DNA of 52,005 nucleotides, taken from positions 1-52,005 of the forward strand of contig CALXZT010000003.1 in assembly GCA_944393315.1 (NCBI GenBank), read 5' to 3'. This document shows positions 8,600 to 21,072 of the stretch, one piece after another. This DNA comes from an uncultured Clostridia bacterium (GTDB taxonomy: Bacteria > Bacillota > Clostridia > TANB77 > CAG-508). Each line of letters begins with the position of its first letter. Positions within the stretch are counted from its first letter, which is position 1. The notes under the pieces were generated by a model. That model was not told where the DNA came from and did no database searches. It worked only from the letters and a program-made list of their open reading frames with translations. A program made the position numbers and the translations under genes.

Positions 8600-9442
8600 T
8601 TATTTAGACTTTTTCTTGTTTGCATTTTGTTGGTATTTTTTTGAAATAACTATAAAAATTATTGTTAGGATTAAAAAGATTGTAGTGCTACATAATAAAA
8701 CCGTATTTACAATGTTTACTTCCTCTGAGTTTGAAGCTTGTGCAATTGTATTTTGATCTATGTTGCTTTCAGTTTCATTTGTTATTATTTGATTTTCAAA
8801 ATTTTCTGTAATATTTTGATTAATAAATTGGTCTTCAGTTATTTCTGCCTTATTGGCAACTTTTTGTCTTCTACTACTTATATATGCTCCTATTGAGATT
8901 ATGAGCATACTTAAGTTTCCTATTAGCAATTTTAATGTTTTTGTTGCTTTGTAATAATGCCACTGAACTGTTGGGGTAGGTATACCTAGCATATTACCAA
9001 TTTCTCTAAAAGACATTTGAGATAGTATTTTTAATGAAACTATTTCCTTTTCTTTTTCTGGTAGTTTGTTTATTAGTCTATTGAAACTGTCTTTTTCTAT
9101 TATGTCATTAATTTCTTTGTCTTCACTAGATACATTATAAATTTTTTCCAAATCAAGATGATTTTTTTTGTTTTTTAAGTATGTTAATGTTTCATTTTTA
9201 GTAACTGAATATAACCAACTACTTGCATTTTTACTTGGTAATTTTTCTTTTGGTAATTTATATATTTTAGTAAATACTATCTGCGATATGTCTTTGCTTT
9301 CTTCTTTATTTTTTAATATTGAAAATGATATTTTTTGTACTAATTGGTTGTATTTATTGTATAGTTCATTAAATCCAGCTTCTTTTTGTTCTTTCATTTT
9401 TTCAAATATTGATGTTAGTTCTTTTTTATTAATATTATTCAT
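8600..9442 (-). CDS. ECF sigma-70 factor with a C-terminal extension containing two hydrophobic helices
   Basis: Region 2 (ELYNKY...DISQIVFTKIY...SWLYSVTKN) and region 4 (LPEKEKEIVSLK...SFREIGNMLGIPTPTVQWHY); start set at ATG 9442 after GAGG. Confidence 0.85.
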   Translation of the reverse strand: MNNINKKELTSIFEKMKEQKEAGFNELYNKYNQLVQKISFSILKNKEESKDISQIVFTKIYKLPKEKLPSKNASSWLYSVTKNETLTYLKNKKNHLDLEKIYNVSSEDKEINDIIEKDSFNRLINKLPEKEKEIVSLKILSQMSFREIGNMLGIPTPTVQWHYYKATKTLKLLIGNLSMLIISIGAYISSRRQKVANKAEITEDQFINQNITENFENQIITNETESNIDQNTIAQASNSEEVNIVNTVLLCSTTIFLILTIIFIVISKKYQQNANKKKSK

Positions 9443-9458
9443 TTGCTTTTCCTCAATT

Positions 9459-9500
9459 AAAAACCCCATTTGATTATTTTGCTTTTACCAAATGGGATTT
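9459..9500 (-). terminator. Terminator after rubrerythrin
   Basis: AAAACCCCATTTG / CAAATGGGATTTT inverted repeat. Confidence 0.55.
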
Positions 9501-9524
9501 TAACTTACTTTACAGTTTTATATT

Positions 9525-10064
9525 TTAATAATTTTCTGCCTTTATTTCAAAATATGCTTTTGCATGACTACATACTGGGCACACTTCTGGTGCTGATTTT
9601 CCTATTACTATGTGCCCACAGTTTCTACATTTCCAGATTTTATCTCCGTCTCTAGAGAATACTAGACCATCTTCAACATTTTCTAATAATTTTAGATATC
9701 TAGCCTCATGCTCTTTTTCTATTTTTCCAACTTCTTCAAATAGATAGGCTATTTTATCAAATCCTTCTTCTCTAGCTTCTTTAGCCATTCTATCATACAT
9801 GTCTGTCCATTCAAAGTTCTCTCCTTCAGCTGCTGCTTTTAGGTTTTCTGCAGTTGTTGGTACTTCTCCACCATGTAATAATTTGAACCATAATTTTGCA
9901 TGCTCTTTTTCGTTGTCTGCTGTCTCTTGGAATATTGCTGCTATTTGCTCATATCCTTCTTTTTTCGCTTTGCTTGCAAAATATGTGTATTTATTTCTTG
10001 CTTGTGATTCTCCTGCAAATGCCTCCATTAAATTTTTTTCTGTTTTTGATCCTTTTAATTCCAT
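9525..10064 (-). CDS. rbr: Rubrerythrin
   Basis: LKGSKTEKNL.AFAGESQARNKY, EKEHAK, EKEHE, C-terminal CRNCG...CPVC; start ATG 10064 after GAGGAGG. Confidence 0.95.
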   Translation of the reverse strand: MELKGSKTEKNLMEAFAGESQARNKYTYFASKAKKEGYEQIAAIFQETADNEKEHAKLWFKLLHGGEVPTTAENLKAAAEGENFEWTDMYDRMAKEAREEGFDKIAYLFEEVGKIEKEHEARYLKLLENVEDGLVFSRDGDKIWKCRNCGHIVIGKSAPEVCPVCSHAKAYFEIKAENY

Positions 10065-10114
10065 TTTTATTCCTCCTCTTACTAATATATGAAGCTTATT
10101 TTTAATCTTCATTT

Positions 10115-10255
10115 TTATTCTTCTACCTTTTCAAACATTTCTTTTCCTACTCCACATAATGGGCAAGTCCAATCTTCTGGTAAATTTTCAAACTTTACTC
10201 CCTCTACTTCCTCATCATATATATATCCACAAATAGTACATTTATATTTGTTCAT
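10115..10255 (-). CDS. Rubredoxin (46 aa; not in the ORF track)
   Basis: GGAGGTGA RBS; [46 protein letters not shown]. Confidence 0.93.
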   Translation of the reverse strand: MNKYKCTICGYIYDEEVEGVKFENLPEDWTCPLCGVGKEMFEKVEE

Positions 10256-10342
10256 ATTATCACCTCCGCAATTTTTGTGTATTATATCATATTTATATAC
10301 ATAATTGCTAGTGTTTGTGAAAAATTTTTCTTTTTTATTTTT

Positions 10343-10376
10343 AAAAAGCTACTTCATTATTTGAAATAGCTTTTTT
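10343..10376. terminator. Terminator after the peroxiredoxin
   Basis: AAAAAGCTA.TTCA / TGAA.TAGCTTTTT. Confidence 0.55.
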
Positions 10377-10388
10377 AGTTTCTATTGT

Positions 10389-11099
10389 CTATTTACAGTT
10401 TTCATTTTTCTCGTTTAATTCTATTTGTTTTTCACATTCCTCTTTTGGCTCTTTAAAGCTTAAATACCAACTTAATCCATTTCTGTTTTGGTTTATGTGT
10501 TGTATTCTTTCTTGTAATTCTGGAAATGTTTGTGGTGCTGGTACTATTAGTGGATTTCCTGGTATCCAGTTTGCTGCTGTAGATCCATTACTACAATCTG
10601 ATATTTGTAATGCTTGAACTATTCTTAGTATTTCTGGTATAAATCTTCCTACATTTAATGGATATACTAAAATTACTCTTACTACTCCTTTGTCATCTAT
10701 TATAAATACATTTCTTACTGTTTTTGTTGTGCTTATGTCATTTGAAATCATTCCATATTTTCGTGCTATTTGTCCACTTCTATCTGCTATTATTGGAAAT
10801 GGTATTTGTATTCCTGTTTTACAGTATATGTCATACATCCATGCTAAATGTGAAGCATTACTGTCTATGCTTAGACCTAAAAGTTCTGTATTAAGCCTTT
10901 GAAAATATGGATATGCTCTTGCAAATGCTATAAATTCTGTTGTGCATACGGGGGTAAAATCTCCTGGGTGTGAAAATAATACTAGCCATTTTCCTTTGTA
11001 ATCTTGCAAACTTTTCATGCCATATGTAGTTTCTGCTTCAAAGTCAGGTGCCATTTGCCCTATTTTTACATTTCCATTCATCAGTAATTCATAGTCCAT
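10389..11099 (-). CDS. Peroxiredoxin (Prx6-type)
   Basis: LFSHPGDFTPVCTTEF, GLSIDS, FPIIAD, YP..VGR..EILR, ANW.PG. Confidence 0.92.
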   Translation of the reverse strand: MDYELLMNGNVKIGQMAPDFEAETTYGMKSLQDYKGKWLVLFSHPGDFTPVCTTEFIAFARAYPYFQRLNTELLGLSIDSNASHLAWMYDIYCKTGIQIPFPIIADRSGQIARKYGMISNDISTTKTVRNVFIIDDKGVVRVILVYPLNVGRFIPEILRIVQALQISDCSNGSTAANWIPGNPLIVPAPQTFPELQERIQHINQNRNGLSWYLSFKEPKEECEKQIELNEKNENCK

Positions 11100-11385
11100 A
11101 AAAATAATCTCCTTTCGTTTTTATATATTTTATGGAATGTGACTAATTTTTGTTCCTTAATTATGATTATAATAAATGGAAAGAGTATCAATAGTATTGT
11201 TTCTTTTTCTATTTTTAAACATGGGCAATATCAAGTATTTTATTTATTCATCTAAAGATATAGAATACATGTAGGTAATAAATTGTTTATTTTTATATAA
11301 AAATTTGCTAAAATATCATAAAAGATTTATTGTATATTTTTTCATGATATACTATATTATATATTAGATAGATGGAGGAGTTAAT

Positions 11386-13137
11386 ATGTCACAAAATGCC
11401 CTAGTCAAAGAGCAATTACCCACAAAAGAAAATAATAATAAAAGTATTGATAATGTTGAAAATATATCTAATGAAACTACTATCAATTCAGAAATTCTTC
11501 AAAAAAATGTTAAGTCCAATGCAACTGACAATAAGTCATCTGCAAATACACTTTTAGTTAATGACATACCTATTGAAAAAGATACCTCTACCTCTTCTAT
11601 TCGTAAATATATACCTTTAATATTATTAACTATTGCAATTCTAATTTTTATTTTCCTTTTTAGTATATCTTTTGCACTTATTAATATTAATAGTGATAAA
11701 ATTGTAGAGGGTGTATCTGTTAATGGTATTAATGTTTCAGGACTTACTTTAAATGAAGCTACTCAAAAACTTACTGATGTTTTTTCTAAGAAATTAGATA
11801 CTCCTTTAATTTTAAATTGTGGTGGTTATAGTTCAGAACTTATACCTAGTCAAGATATTGAAGCAAGTTTTAATGTTTCTGCAGCTGCTGAAACTGCTTT
11901 TTCTATTGGTCGAACAGGTAATATCGTTCAAAAAAACTATGAAATTTTAACATCATTATTAGCTACTAAAAAGGTAAGTATAAATTTACAATATAATACC
12001 GAAAAATTGTGTAAGTATATTGATGATATAAGTGTTGAAATCCCTGGTTTAGTTGTTGAGCCTAGCTATTATATTGAAGATGGAAATTTAATTATTTTAA
12101 AAGGTAAATCTGGACTCGAATTATTACAAAATGAAACCCAAAAACTAATACTTTCAAATATTGGAAGTTTGTCTTCTTCTAGTTGCATTGATATGCCTAC
12201 CAAAAATGTAGATCCAAATGAAATCGATATTGATAAAATTCACGAAGAAATATATTCTGAAGAACAAAATGCATATTTAATTAAAGAACCTTTTGAATTA
12301 AATGTTGGATCTCCTGGAACTGATTTTTCAATAAGTTTAGAAGAAGCAAAAAACTTATTATCAGAAGAAAAAGATGAATACATAATTCCTTTAAAAATTA
12401 CTCCACCAGAAATTGGTGTAGAAGATTTGGGTAATGACATATTTGCTGGTAATCTAGGAACTTACTCTTCATATTATAATGTTTCTAATTATAACCGAAG
12501 TGTTAATGTAGAACTTGCAAGTCAAAAAATAAATAATGTTATTCTACTTCCAGGTGAAGTATTTTCTTATAATAAAGTTGTGGGTGAAAGAACCTTCGAA
12601 AATGGCTTTAAAGAAGCTTCTGTTTATACTAGCTCTGGTGTAGTAAACGGTTTAGGAGGCGGAATTTGCCAGGTTTCTTCGACCTTATATAATTCTGTTT
12701 TACTTGCAAATTTAGAAATAATAGAAAGAAGAAATCATAGATATGCTGTTTCTTATGTTCCTTTAGGAAGAGATGCCACAGTCGCCTATGGAAGTATAGA
12801 TTTTAAATTTAAAAACAATAGGAATTATCCGATTAAAATTGTATCATATGCTCAAAATGGAGTTCTTAATATTAGTATAATGGGAATTAAAGAGGAAACT
12901 GAATATGAAGTAATAATTACTACTCGAAAGCTTTTAACTATTCCTTATCAAACAAAATATATTCAAGACAGTTCTTTACCTTCTGGAACTCAAAAACAGA
13001 CTCAATATGGAGATAATGGTTATAAATATGAAACTTACAAAACTTTGAAATTAAATGGTAATGTGGTTTCAAGTAATACTATTTCTAATGATAACTATTC
13101 TCCTTTAACTAGAATTATCAGAATAGGAACAAAATAA
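11386..13137 (+). CDS. VanW-family cell-envelope protein (TM, peptidoglycan-binding, VanW and G5 domains)
   Basis: TM segment; NRSVNVELA...PGEVFSYN.VVGERT...GGGICQVSSTLYN...GRDATV...DFKFKN; C-terminal G5-like end IIRIGTK. Confidence 0.85.
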   Translation: MSQNALVKEQLPTKENNNKSIDNVENISNETTINSEILQKNVKSNATDNKSSANTLLVNDIPIEKDTSTSSIRKYIPLILLTIAILIFIFLFSISFALININSDKIVEGVSVNGINVSGLTLNEATQKLTDVFSKKLDTPLILNCGGYSSELIPSQDIEASFNVSAAAETAFSIGRTGNIVQKNYEILTSLLATKKVSINLQYNTEKLCKYIDDISVEIPGLVVEPSYYIEDGNLIILKGKSGLELLQNETQKLILSNIGSLSSSSCIDMPTKNVDPNEIDIDKIHEEIYSEEQNAYLIKEPFELNVGSPGTDFSISLEEAKNLLSEEKDEYIIPLKITPPEIGVEDLGNDIFAGNLGTYSSYYNVSNYNRSVNVELASQKINNVILLPGEVFSYNKVVGERTFENGFKEASVYTSSGVVNGLGGGICQVSSTLYNSVLLANLEIIERRNHRYAVSYVPLGRDATVAYGSIDFKFKNNRNYPIKIVSYAQNGVLNISIMGIKEETEYEVIITTRKLLTIPYQTKYIQDSSLPSGTQKQTQYGDNGYKYETYKTLKLNGNVVSSNTISNDNYSPLTRIIRIGTK

Positions 13138-13238
13138 ATTAAAACTATATCTTATATAATCGTCATGTTTTATCTAAAAAAGTAGGATAGAAATCACATA
13201 TAGACTAGAAAGTAACCTTATTTGCTTTTACTTTTCAT

Positions 13239-13275
13239 AAAAAAATCTAACTCTAATCAAGAGCTAGATTTTTTT
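13239..13275. terminator. Bidirectional terminator between the VanW gene and rpoC
   Basis: A7-TCTAACTC / GAGCTAGA-T7. Confidence 0.65.
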
Positions 13276-13307
13276 ATGAGTTTCTATTTTTAGATTATCT
13301 TTTACTT

Positions 13308-16300
13308 TTAATTTTCTACAGAATTTGCTATTTCAGTCTCTTCAGTTACCATTTCTGGATTGTTTGTTTCATCTGTTTCTGTATTTATGTGGATGTTTTG
13401 GTATCTTTGCATTCCTGTTCCTGCTGGAATTAATTTACCTATAATAACATTTTCTTTTAATCCTATTAATTGATCAGATTTTCCTTTTATAGCTGCTTCT
13501 GTTAATACTCTTGTAGTTTCTTGGAAAGATGCTGCTGATAAGAAGCTATCTGTTGCCAATGCTGCTTTTGTTATTCCAAGTAAAACTCTTCTGCCTGTTG
13601 CAGGCTTTAGGCCTTCTTTTTGCATTTTGTTATTTTCTTCTTCAAATTCATACATATCTACTAATGAACCTGGGAATAAAGTTGTATCTCCTTGTTTTTC
13701 GATTTTAACCTTTTTAAGCATCTGCCTTGCAATAACTTCTATGTGTTTGTCATTAATATCAACACCTTGATTTCTATAAACTTTTTGTACTTCAGAGATT
13801 AAATACTCATAAACTCCTTCTGGTCCTTTTATAGTTAAAATTTCACTTGGATTAATTGAACCTTCAATTAAAGGATCTCCTGCTTCTACTATGTCTCCAT
13901 CTTTTACTTTTAATTTTGAACCAAATGGTATTGTATATGTTTTTGAATTATCCTTAGAAGTTATTATTACTTCTTTTTTCTTCTTAGTTTCTTGTATTTT
14001 TACTTTTCCATCTATTTCTGTAATTACTGCTAGTCCCTTTGGTTTTCTTGCTTCAAATAATTCTTCGACTCTTGGAAGACCTTGAGTAATATCAGCTGAA
14101 CCTGCACCACCAGCGTGTTTTGTATTCATTGTAAGCTGTGTACCTGGTTCACCAATTGATTGAGCAGCCACAATTCCTATTGCTTCACCAATCGATACTT
14201 TGTTTCTTCTAGCCAAACTCATTCCATAGCATTTTTGACATACACCATGTTTTGCTCTACAGCCTAAAACTGAACGAACATAAACTTTTTCGATTCCTGC
14301 TGATACGATTTTTTCTGCTAAGTCGTCTGTAATTAAAGTTTCTGTGTCTACAATTAACTCATTTGTGTTTGGATCTATAATATCTTCTACTGGATATCTT
14401 CCTAATAATCTTTCTTGCATTTTTTCGATTACTTGGTTTCCATCTTTAATTGTATATACATATGTTCCTATTTTGCTTCCACAGTCTTCTTCTCTTACGA
14501 TTATGTCTTGAGAAACGTCAACCAATCTTCTTGTTAAATATCCTGAATCTGCTGTTCTTAAGGCTGTATCTGCTAGACCTTTTCTTGCTTGGTGTGAAGA
14601 TACGAAATATTCTAATGCATCTTGCCCCTCTAAGAATGAAGACTTAATTGGTATTTCAATTGCCTTACCTGTTGTTCCAGCCATAAGTCCTCTCATACCA
14701 GCTATTTGTCTTAATTGGTTCATATTACCACGAGCTCCAGATTGTGCCATCATATATATTGGGTTTAATTCATCAAAGTTTTTCTTCATTTCTTCTCCTA
14801 CCAACTTTGTTGCATTTTCCCAAACTTTTATTGTTGCATTGTATCTTTCTTGATCAGTAATTAAACCTCTTCTAAATTGTTTTCTAATTGTATCTACTTG
14901 TTTGTCTGCATCTGCTAATATTTCTTTTTTAGCTTCTGGAACTTTAACATCTGATACAGAAACTGTTATAGCTCCTTTAGTTGAATATTTAAATCCTGTT
15001 TCTTTTATATAGTCAAGTAGTTCTGCTGTATCTGATAATCCATGTTTACTTATAGATTTTGCAATTATTGGTCCTAGAGCCTTTTTGTCTACTGTAAAGC
15101 TTATTTCTAAATCAAACATATGCTCTAGGTCTGTTCTATCCACAAATCCTAAGTCTTGTGGAATTCCTTCATTGTATATAATTCTACCAACTGTTGTTTC
15201 TATAAATTTATGTTTTATTTCTCCATTAACTTCTCTTGTCATTTTTACATGTATTTTAGCATGTATTCCTACTGCTCCATTTTCATGAGCTACAACAGCT
15301 TCTTCTGGAGATCTAAAATAATTTCCTTCTCCTAGTTCTCCTGGTACTTCCATTGTTAAATAATAACTTCCTAGTATCATATCTTGTGTAGGTACTGTTA
15401 CTGGTTTACCATCTTGAGGTTTTAATAAATTATTTGTAGATAACATCAAAAATCTTGCTTCTGCTTGAGCTTCTGGTGAAAGTGGTAAATGCACTGCCAT
15501 TTGGTCACCATCGAAGTCAGCATTGAAGGCTGTACATACTAATGGATGTAGCTTAATTGCTCTACCTTCAACTAATACTGGCTCAAATGCCTGTATTCCT
15601 AATCTGTGCAAAGTAGGAGCACGGTTAAGCATTACTGGGTGGTCATGAATTACTTCTTCAAGTATTCCCCAAACTTCTGGGCTTAATCTTTCTACCATTC
15701 TTTTTGCATTTTTGATATTGTGTGCAATATGTCTTCCTACTAATTCTCTCATAACAAAAGGTTTGAATAACTCTATTGCCATTTCTTTTGGAAGTCCACA
15801 CTGATATATTTTTAGCTCTGGTCCTACTACAATTACTGAACGTCCTGAATAGTCAACTCTTTTTCCTAATAAGTTTTGACGAAATCTTCCTTGTTTTCCT
15901 TTTAACATGTCTGATAATGATTTTAAAGGTCTGTTTCCTGCACCTGTTACTGGTCTTCCTCTTCTTGAATTGTCAATAAGGGCATCTACTGATTCTTGTA
16001 ACATTCTTTTTTCATTTCTAACAATTATTTCAGGTGCTCCTAATTCTAATAATCTTTTTAATCTGTTATTTCTGTTTATTACTCTCCTGTATAAATCGTT
16101 TAAGTCTGATGTTGCAAATCTTCCACCATCTAATTGAACCATTGGTCTTAGGTCTGGTGGAATAACAGGTATTACATTCATTACCATCCATTCAGGTCTG
16201 TTTCCTGATATTTTGAAGGCTTCTACTGTATCTAATCTTTTGATTAGCTTTGCCTTTTTTTGTTCACTAGCATTTTCTAATTCTTTTTTTATTTTAGCAA

Positions 16301-16865
16301 CTAGTTTATCTAAATCGATTTCTTCTAATAGTTTTCTTATTGCTTCAGCTCCTATGCCAACTTTAAAAGATTTTTTACCATATTTTTCTTCTGCGTCATG
16401 ATATTCTTTTTCTGTTAGCACTTGACATTTTTCTAGTCCTGATGTTCCTTTATCTATTACTATATATGATGCAAAATATATAACTTTTTCTAGATTTCTA
16501 GGAGATACATCAAGCATTAATGCAATTCTACTTGGTATTCCTTTGAAATACCAAATATGGGCTACTGGGGCAGCTAGTTCAATGTGCCCCATTCTCTCTC
16601 TTCTTACTTTTGATTTTGTAACTTCTACTCCACATCTGTCACAAACTATTCCTTTGTATCTAACTCTTTTATATTTACCACAATGACATTCCCAGTCTTT
16701 TGTTGGTCCAAATATTCTTTCACAGAATAATCCATCTCTTTCTGGTTTAAGAGTTCTATAGTTTATTGTTTCTGGTTTTTTTACTTCGCCTTTTGATAAT
16801 TCTCTAATCTTCTCGTCTGATGCAAGTCCGATTTTTATTTTATCAAATAACTCTAATTCCTCCAT
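13308..16865 (-). CDS. rpoC: RNA polymerase beta' subunit
   Basis: KPETINYRT, Zn finger, NADFDGD catalytic motif, SAASFQET. Confidence 0.99.
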   Translation of the reverse strand: MEELELFDKIKIGLASDEKIRELSKGEVKKPETINYRTLKPERDGLFCERIFGPTKDWECHCGKYKRVRYKGIVCDRCGVEVTKSKVRRERMGHIELAAPVAHIWYFKGIPSRIALMLDVSPRNLEKVIYFASYIVIDKGTSGLEKCQVLTEKEYHDAEEKYGKKSFKVGIGAEAIRKLLEEIDLDKLVAKIKKELENASEQKKAKLIKRLDTVEAFKISGNRPEWMVMNVIPVIPPDLRPMVQLDGGRFATSDLNDLYRRVINRNNRLKRLLELGAPEIIVRNEKRMLQESVDALIDNSRRGRPVTGAGNRPLKSLSDMLKGKQGRFRQNLLGKRVDYSGRSVIVVGPELKIYQCGLPKEMAIELFKPFVMRELVGRHIAHNIKNAKRMVERLSPEVWGILEEVIHDHPVMLNRAPTLHRLGIQAFEPVLVEGRAIKLHPLVCTAFNADFDGDQMAVHLPLSPEAQAEARFLMLSTNNLLKPQDGKPVTVPTQDMILGSYYLTMEVPGELGEGNYFRSPEEAVVAHENGAVGIHAKIHVKMTREVNGEIKHKFIETTVGRIIYNEGIPQDLGFVDRTDLEHMFDLEISFTVDKKALGPIIAKSISKHGLSDTAELLDYIKETGFKYSTKGAITVSVSDVKVPEAKKEILADADKQVDTIRKQFRRGLITDQERYNATIKVWENATKLVGEEMKKNFDELNPIYMMAQSGARGNMNQLRQIAGMRGLMAGTTGKAIEIPIKSSFLEGQDALEYFVSSHQARKGLADTALRTADSGYLTRRLVDVSQDIIVREEDCGSKIGTYVYTIKDGNQVIEKMQERLLGRYPVEDIIDPNTNELIVDTETLITDDLAEKIVSAGIEKVYVRSVLGCRAKHGVCQKCYGMSLARRNKVSIGEAIGIVAAQSIGEPGTQLTMNTKHAGGAGSADITQGLPRVEELFEARKPKGLAVITEIDGKVKIQETKKKKEVIITSKDNSKTYTIPFGSKLKVKDGDIVEAGDPLIEGSINPSEILTIKGPEGVYEYLISEVQKVYRNQGVDINDKHIEVIARQMLKKVKIEKQGDTTLFPGSLVDMYEFEEENNKMQKEGLKPATGRRVLLGITKAALATDSFLSAASFQETTRVLTEAAIKGKSDQLIGLKENVIIGKLIPAGTGMQRYQNIHINTETDETNNPEMVTEETEIANSVEN

Positions 16866-16974
16866 TTTTGTCCCCCTAATTAAAATTGGATTGAAGTAAT
16901 CTTAAAATATTTTTTAGTTCTACCCACTGCTCGAGCAATTCCCTTCTGTCGATAAAAAACTCTCTTAAGATTTA

Positions 16975-19900
16975 TTAAATTATATCATTATCATTATCTA
17001 AGTTATCATCTGCTAAATCAGTATCAAATATGTCTTCTTCTCCTTCATCATCTAGTTCTGCAAATAAATCATCCCCATCTTCTAGATCATCTTCGCCTTC
17101 TTCTGTATAACCATCTTCTAATTCTTGCTCATCAACTAAGTCTTCTTGTTCCATGGCTTTTTTGCTTTCTTCTAGATTGAAGTCAACTCCATCTTCAATA
17201 TTTTCTTTTAATTCTAATTCTCTGTTGTCTTCTGAGAATAATTTTACGTCTAGTCCTAATGATTGTAATTCTTTTACTAAAACCTTGAAACTTTCTGGTA
17301 CTCCTGGTTCAGGAATGTTTTCACCTTTTACTATTGCTTCATAAGTCTTCACTCTGCCTACTATATCATCAGATTTTACTGTCAAGATTTCTTGTAATGT
17401 GTATGCTGCTCCATACGCCTCTAATGCCCAAACTTCCATCTCTCCAAAACGTTGTCCACCAAATTGAGCTTTTCCTCCAAGTGGTTGTTGTGTTACTAAT
17501 GAGTATGGTCCAGTTGAACGCGCATGTATTTTATCATCTACTAAGTGATGTAGTTTTAACATATACATTACACCAACTGTGATTGGCTGTGCAAAAGGTT
17601 CTCCTGTTCTACCATCATATAATGTTGTTTTTCCATCTTCTGATAATCCAGCTTTTTTTAATAATTCTATGATTTCATATTCTTTTGCTCCATCAAATAC
17701 TGGTGTTGAAACTTTCCAACCTAATGCTCTTGCTGCCCACCCCAAATGAACTTCTAGTACTTGACCTAAGTTCATACGTGATGGTACACCTAATGGGTTT
17801 AATAAAATATCTACTGGTGTTCCATCTGGTAAGAATGGCATATCTTCTACTGGCAATATTCGTGATATTACACCTTTGTTTCCGTGACGTCCAGCCATTT
17901 TATCTCCAACTGATATTTTTCTTTTTGTTGCTATGTAACATCTGATTACTTGATTTACACCAGGTGCTAGTTCTTCAGAGTTTTCTCTTGTGAATATTTT
18001 GATATCTACTACTGTTCCGGCTTCTCCATGAGGCACTCTTAAAGAAGTATCCCTAACCTCTCTTGCTTTTTCTCCAAATATTGCACGTAGTAATCTTTCT
18101 TCAGCAGTAAGTTCTGTTTCTCCCTTTGGAGTAACTTTACCTACTAATATATCTCCTGGTCTTACTTCTGCACCAATTCTTATTATTCCATTTTCATCTA
18201 GATCTTTTAATACATCATCTCCAACATTTGGTATGTCACGTGTTATTTCTTCAGCTCCTAGTTTTGTGTCACGACATTCACAATCATATTCTTCAATGTG
18301 TATTGATGTGTAAACATCTTCTTTTACTAATCTTTCACTGATTAATACAGCGTCCTCATAGTTGTAACCTTCCCATGTTGTAAATGCGATTAATACGTTT
18401 TTACCTAATGCCATTTCTCCATTTTTTGTAGATGGTCCATCTGCTATTGCATCACCTTTATGTACTTTTTCACCCTTTACGACTATTGGTTTTTGATTTA
18501 TACATGTTCCACCATTTGTTCTTTTGAATTTACGTAGTTTGTGTACTACTTTTCTTCCACTATCATATTTTACTGTTATAGAGTCTCCTGTAACTTTTTC
18601 AATTACTCCGTCTTCTTCTGCTAATACTAGTATTCCTGAATCTTTTGCTGCTCTATATTCTATACCTGTTCCAACAATTGGTGATTCTGTAATCATTAGT
18701 GGTACTGCTTGACGTTGCATGTTTGCACCCATTAGTGCACGTTTTGAGTCATCATGCTCTAAGAATGGTATCATGGCTGCTGCTATTGATACTAGTTGTT
18801 TTGGTGAAACATCTATATATTGCACCATATCTTTTTCTACTTCTAGAATTTCATTTTTATATCTTACTCTTACTCTGTCATTTGCAAATGTTCCATCTTC
18901 ATTTAATGGTTCTGCTGCTTGTGCTATTAAGTATTTATCCTCTTGGTCAGCACTCATATATTCTACTATGTCTGTAACTTTATGTGTTTTTGGATCTATC
19001 TTTCTGTATGGTGTTTCAATAAATCCATATTCGTTTATGTTTGCAAATGAAGATAAGGCAGAAATCAACCCAATGTTTGGTCCTTCTGGTGATTCTACTG
19101 GACATAGTCTTCCGTAGTGAGTATAGTGTACGTCACGTACCTCGAAACCTGCTCTTTCTCTTGATAATCCTCCAGGTCCTAATGCAGATATTCTTCTTTT
19201 ATGTGTTAGCTCTGATAATGGGTTTGTTTGATCCATAAATTGTGATAACTGTGAGCTTCCAAAGAATTCTTTAATTGCTGATGTTATTGGTTTGGTGTTT
19301 ATTAGTGTTTGAGGTGTTACTACATCTAAATCTTGAATTGTCATTCTTTCACGAACAACTCTTTCTAACCTTGTTAAACCAATTCTGAATTGGTTTTGTA
19401 ATAATTCACCTACACACCTAATTCTACGATTTGCTAAATGGTCAATATCATCTGGATTGTTTAGACCATGTGATAAATTTAATAAGTAGTTTATTGAAGC
19501 TAGTATGTCTTCTGTTGTTATTGTTTTTGGTACTAGTTCATCATATCTTTGTTTTATTGTAGCTACTAATTGAGATTCCTCAGTATTATCAATAATGTTT
19601 TTTAATACTTCATAATTTACATTTTCTTTAAAATGTAAATTACTTAAATCCACATTTGGTAAAACCTTGTGTATATTTACTGTTCCATTTCCTATTATTC
19701 TTATTGTTTTTTCTAAATGTTTTATGTCTACGATGTTAATTCCAGAATTTTGAATTGCTTCTGCAACATCTTCTGTAATTGTTTCATCAGCATTTACAAA
19801 TATTTCTCCTGTTTCTTGATCCATAATTGTATTTGCAGCTACTTGGTTTTTGATTCTTTCTGCTAAACTTAATTTTTGATTGAATTTGAATCTTCCTACT

Positions 19901-20706
19901 TTTGCTAAGTCATATCTCCTATTATCGAAAAATAATCCACTAAATAGATTTCTTGCAGCATCAACTGTTGGAAGTTCTCCTGGTCTTAATTTTTTGTATA
20001 TTTCTATTAATGCATCTTCTCCTGTTTTTATTGGGTCTTTTTGGATTGTTGCTTCAATCATTGATTCTTCACCAAATAGTGCTCTTATTTGGTCATCTGT
20101 TACTAACCCAATTGCTCTTAATAATGTTGTTACAGGTATTTTTCTTGTTCTATCTACACGTACATAGAATATGTCGTTTCCATCTGTTTCATATTCTAGC
20201 CACGCTCCTCTTAATGGCATTATTGTTGATGTATATGTTTTTCTTCCTGTTTTTGTGTCAAATTCTTCTGCATAATAACAGCCTGGTGAACGTACTAACT
20301 GGCTTACTACTACTCTTTCTGCTCCATTTATTACAAATGTTCCACTTTCTGTCATAAGTGGAAAATCTCCTAAGTAGATTTCTTGCTCTTTTATTTCTCC
20401 AGTTTCACGGTTGATTAACCTTACTTTTACGTGTAATCTTGTTGAATATGTTGCATCTCTTTCTTTCGCTTCTTCTAATGTATATTTAGTTTTATCCTCC
20501 ATGTAATAATCGAAAAATTCTAGAACTAAATTTCCTGAATAGTCAACTATTGGTGAAATATCTTTTAATACTTCCCCTAGCCCCTCTTCTACGAACCAGT
20601 TATAAGAATCTCTTTGAACTTTGATAAGATTTGGCATTTCGATATAATCGCCAACTTTTGAAAAATCCATACGCGATGCTTTCTCGTATTTGATTTCTTT
20701 TACCAA
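16975..20706 (-). CDS. rpoB: RNA polymerase beta subunit
   Basis: [34 protein letters not shown]; probable TTG start at 20706 behind GGGGTGA. Confidence 0.99.
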   Translation of the reverse strand: MVKEIKYEKASRMDFSKVGDYIEMPNLIKVQRDSYNWFVEEGLGEVLKDISPIVDYSGNLVLEFFDYYMEDKTKYTLEEAKERDATYSTRLHVKVRLINRETGEIKEQEIYLGDFPLMTESGTFVINGAERVVVSQLVRSPGCYYAEEFDTKTGRKTYTSTIMPLRGAWLEYETDGNDIFYVRVDRTRKIPVTTLLRAIGLVTDDQIRALFGEESMIEATIQKDPIKTGEDALIEIYKKLRPGELPTVDAARNLFSGLFFDNRRYDLAKVGRFKFNQKLSLAERIKNQVAANTIMDQETGEIFVNADETITEDVAEAIQNSGINIVDIKHLEKTIRIIGNGTVNIHKVLPNVDLSNLHFKENVNYEVLKNIIDNTEESQLVATIKQRYDELVPKTITTEDILASINYLLNLSHGLNNPDDIDHLANRRIRCVGELLQNQFRIGLTRLERVVRERMTIQDLDVVTPQTLINTKPITSAIKEFFGSSQLSQFMDQTNPLSELTHKRRISALGPGGLSRERAGFEVRDVHYTHYGRLCPVESPEGPNIGLISALSSFANINEYGFIETPYRKIDPKTHKVTDIVEYMSADQEDKYLIAQAAEPLNEDGTFANDRVRVRYKNEILEVEKDMVQYIDVSPKQLVSIAAAMIPFLEHDDSKRALMGANMQRQAVPLMITESPIVGTGIEYRAAKDSGILVLAEEDGVIEKVTGDSITVKYDSGRKVVHKLRKFKRTNGGTCINQKPIVVKGEKVHKGDAIADGPSTKNGEMALGKNVLIAFTTWEGYNYEDAVLISERLVKEDVYTSIHIEEYDCECRDTKLGAEEITRDIPNVGDDVLKDLDENGIIRIGAEVRPGDILVGKVTPKGETELTAEERLLRAIFGEKAREVRDTSLRVPHGEAGTVVDIKIFTRENSEELAPGVNQVIRCYIATKRKISVGDKMAGRHGNKGVISRILPVEDMPFLPDGTPVDILLNPLGVPSRMNLGQVLEVHLGWAARALGWKVSTPVFDGAKEYEIIELLKKAGLSEDGKTTLYDGRTGEPFAQPITVGVMYMLKLHHLVDDKIHARSTGPYSLVTQQPLGGKAQFGGQRFGEMEVWALEAYGAAYTLQEILTVKSDDIVGRVKTYEAIVKGENIPEPGVPESFKVLVKELQSLGLDVKLFSEDNRELELKENIEDGVDFNLEESKKAMEQEDLVDEQELEDGYTEEGEDDLEDGDDLFAELDDEGEEDIFDTDLADDNLDNDNDII

Positions 20707-20922
20707 AATAATCACCCCTATAAATTATTAAGCAGAAAAAAATTTATTTTTTCTAAAAAACGTTCTTCTTGGATATATTTTTATATTGCATAGTTTCAAA
20801 TTGTCTGCTCTTACAATTTTTCTTCTACAATCTGCAAATATATTCAATTCTTCAATTTTTTAGTTTTTAACTATGAATTAATGTTTTTTGATGGTAAAAA
20901 ATACAAAAGTAAAAATGACAAT

Positions 20923-20963
20923 AAAAAGCCTGTTGGCAATTTTTTGTTTTTGCCAACTAGCTT
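20923..20963 (-). terminator. Terminator-like hairpin in the rpoB 5' region
   Basis: AAGC..GTTGGCAA / TTGCCAAC..GCTT stem followed by T5 on the - strand. Confidence 0.45.
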
Positions 20964-21072
20964 CTATTTTATACTTATTTTAGCTCTCTTACTTTACTTT
21001 TTTTTATTTTAATCACCCTTCATCATTACTTTTTTAATATGATTAGGTTATCGTTTGCATAAAATATATAAT

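Noticed and set aside
11386-13137. VanW as a vancomycin-resistance gene
   Set aside because: It is the stand-alone housekeeping VanW/G5 type; no van ligase or regulators are nearby
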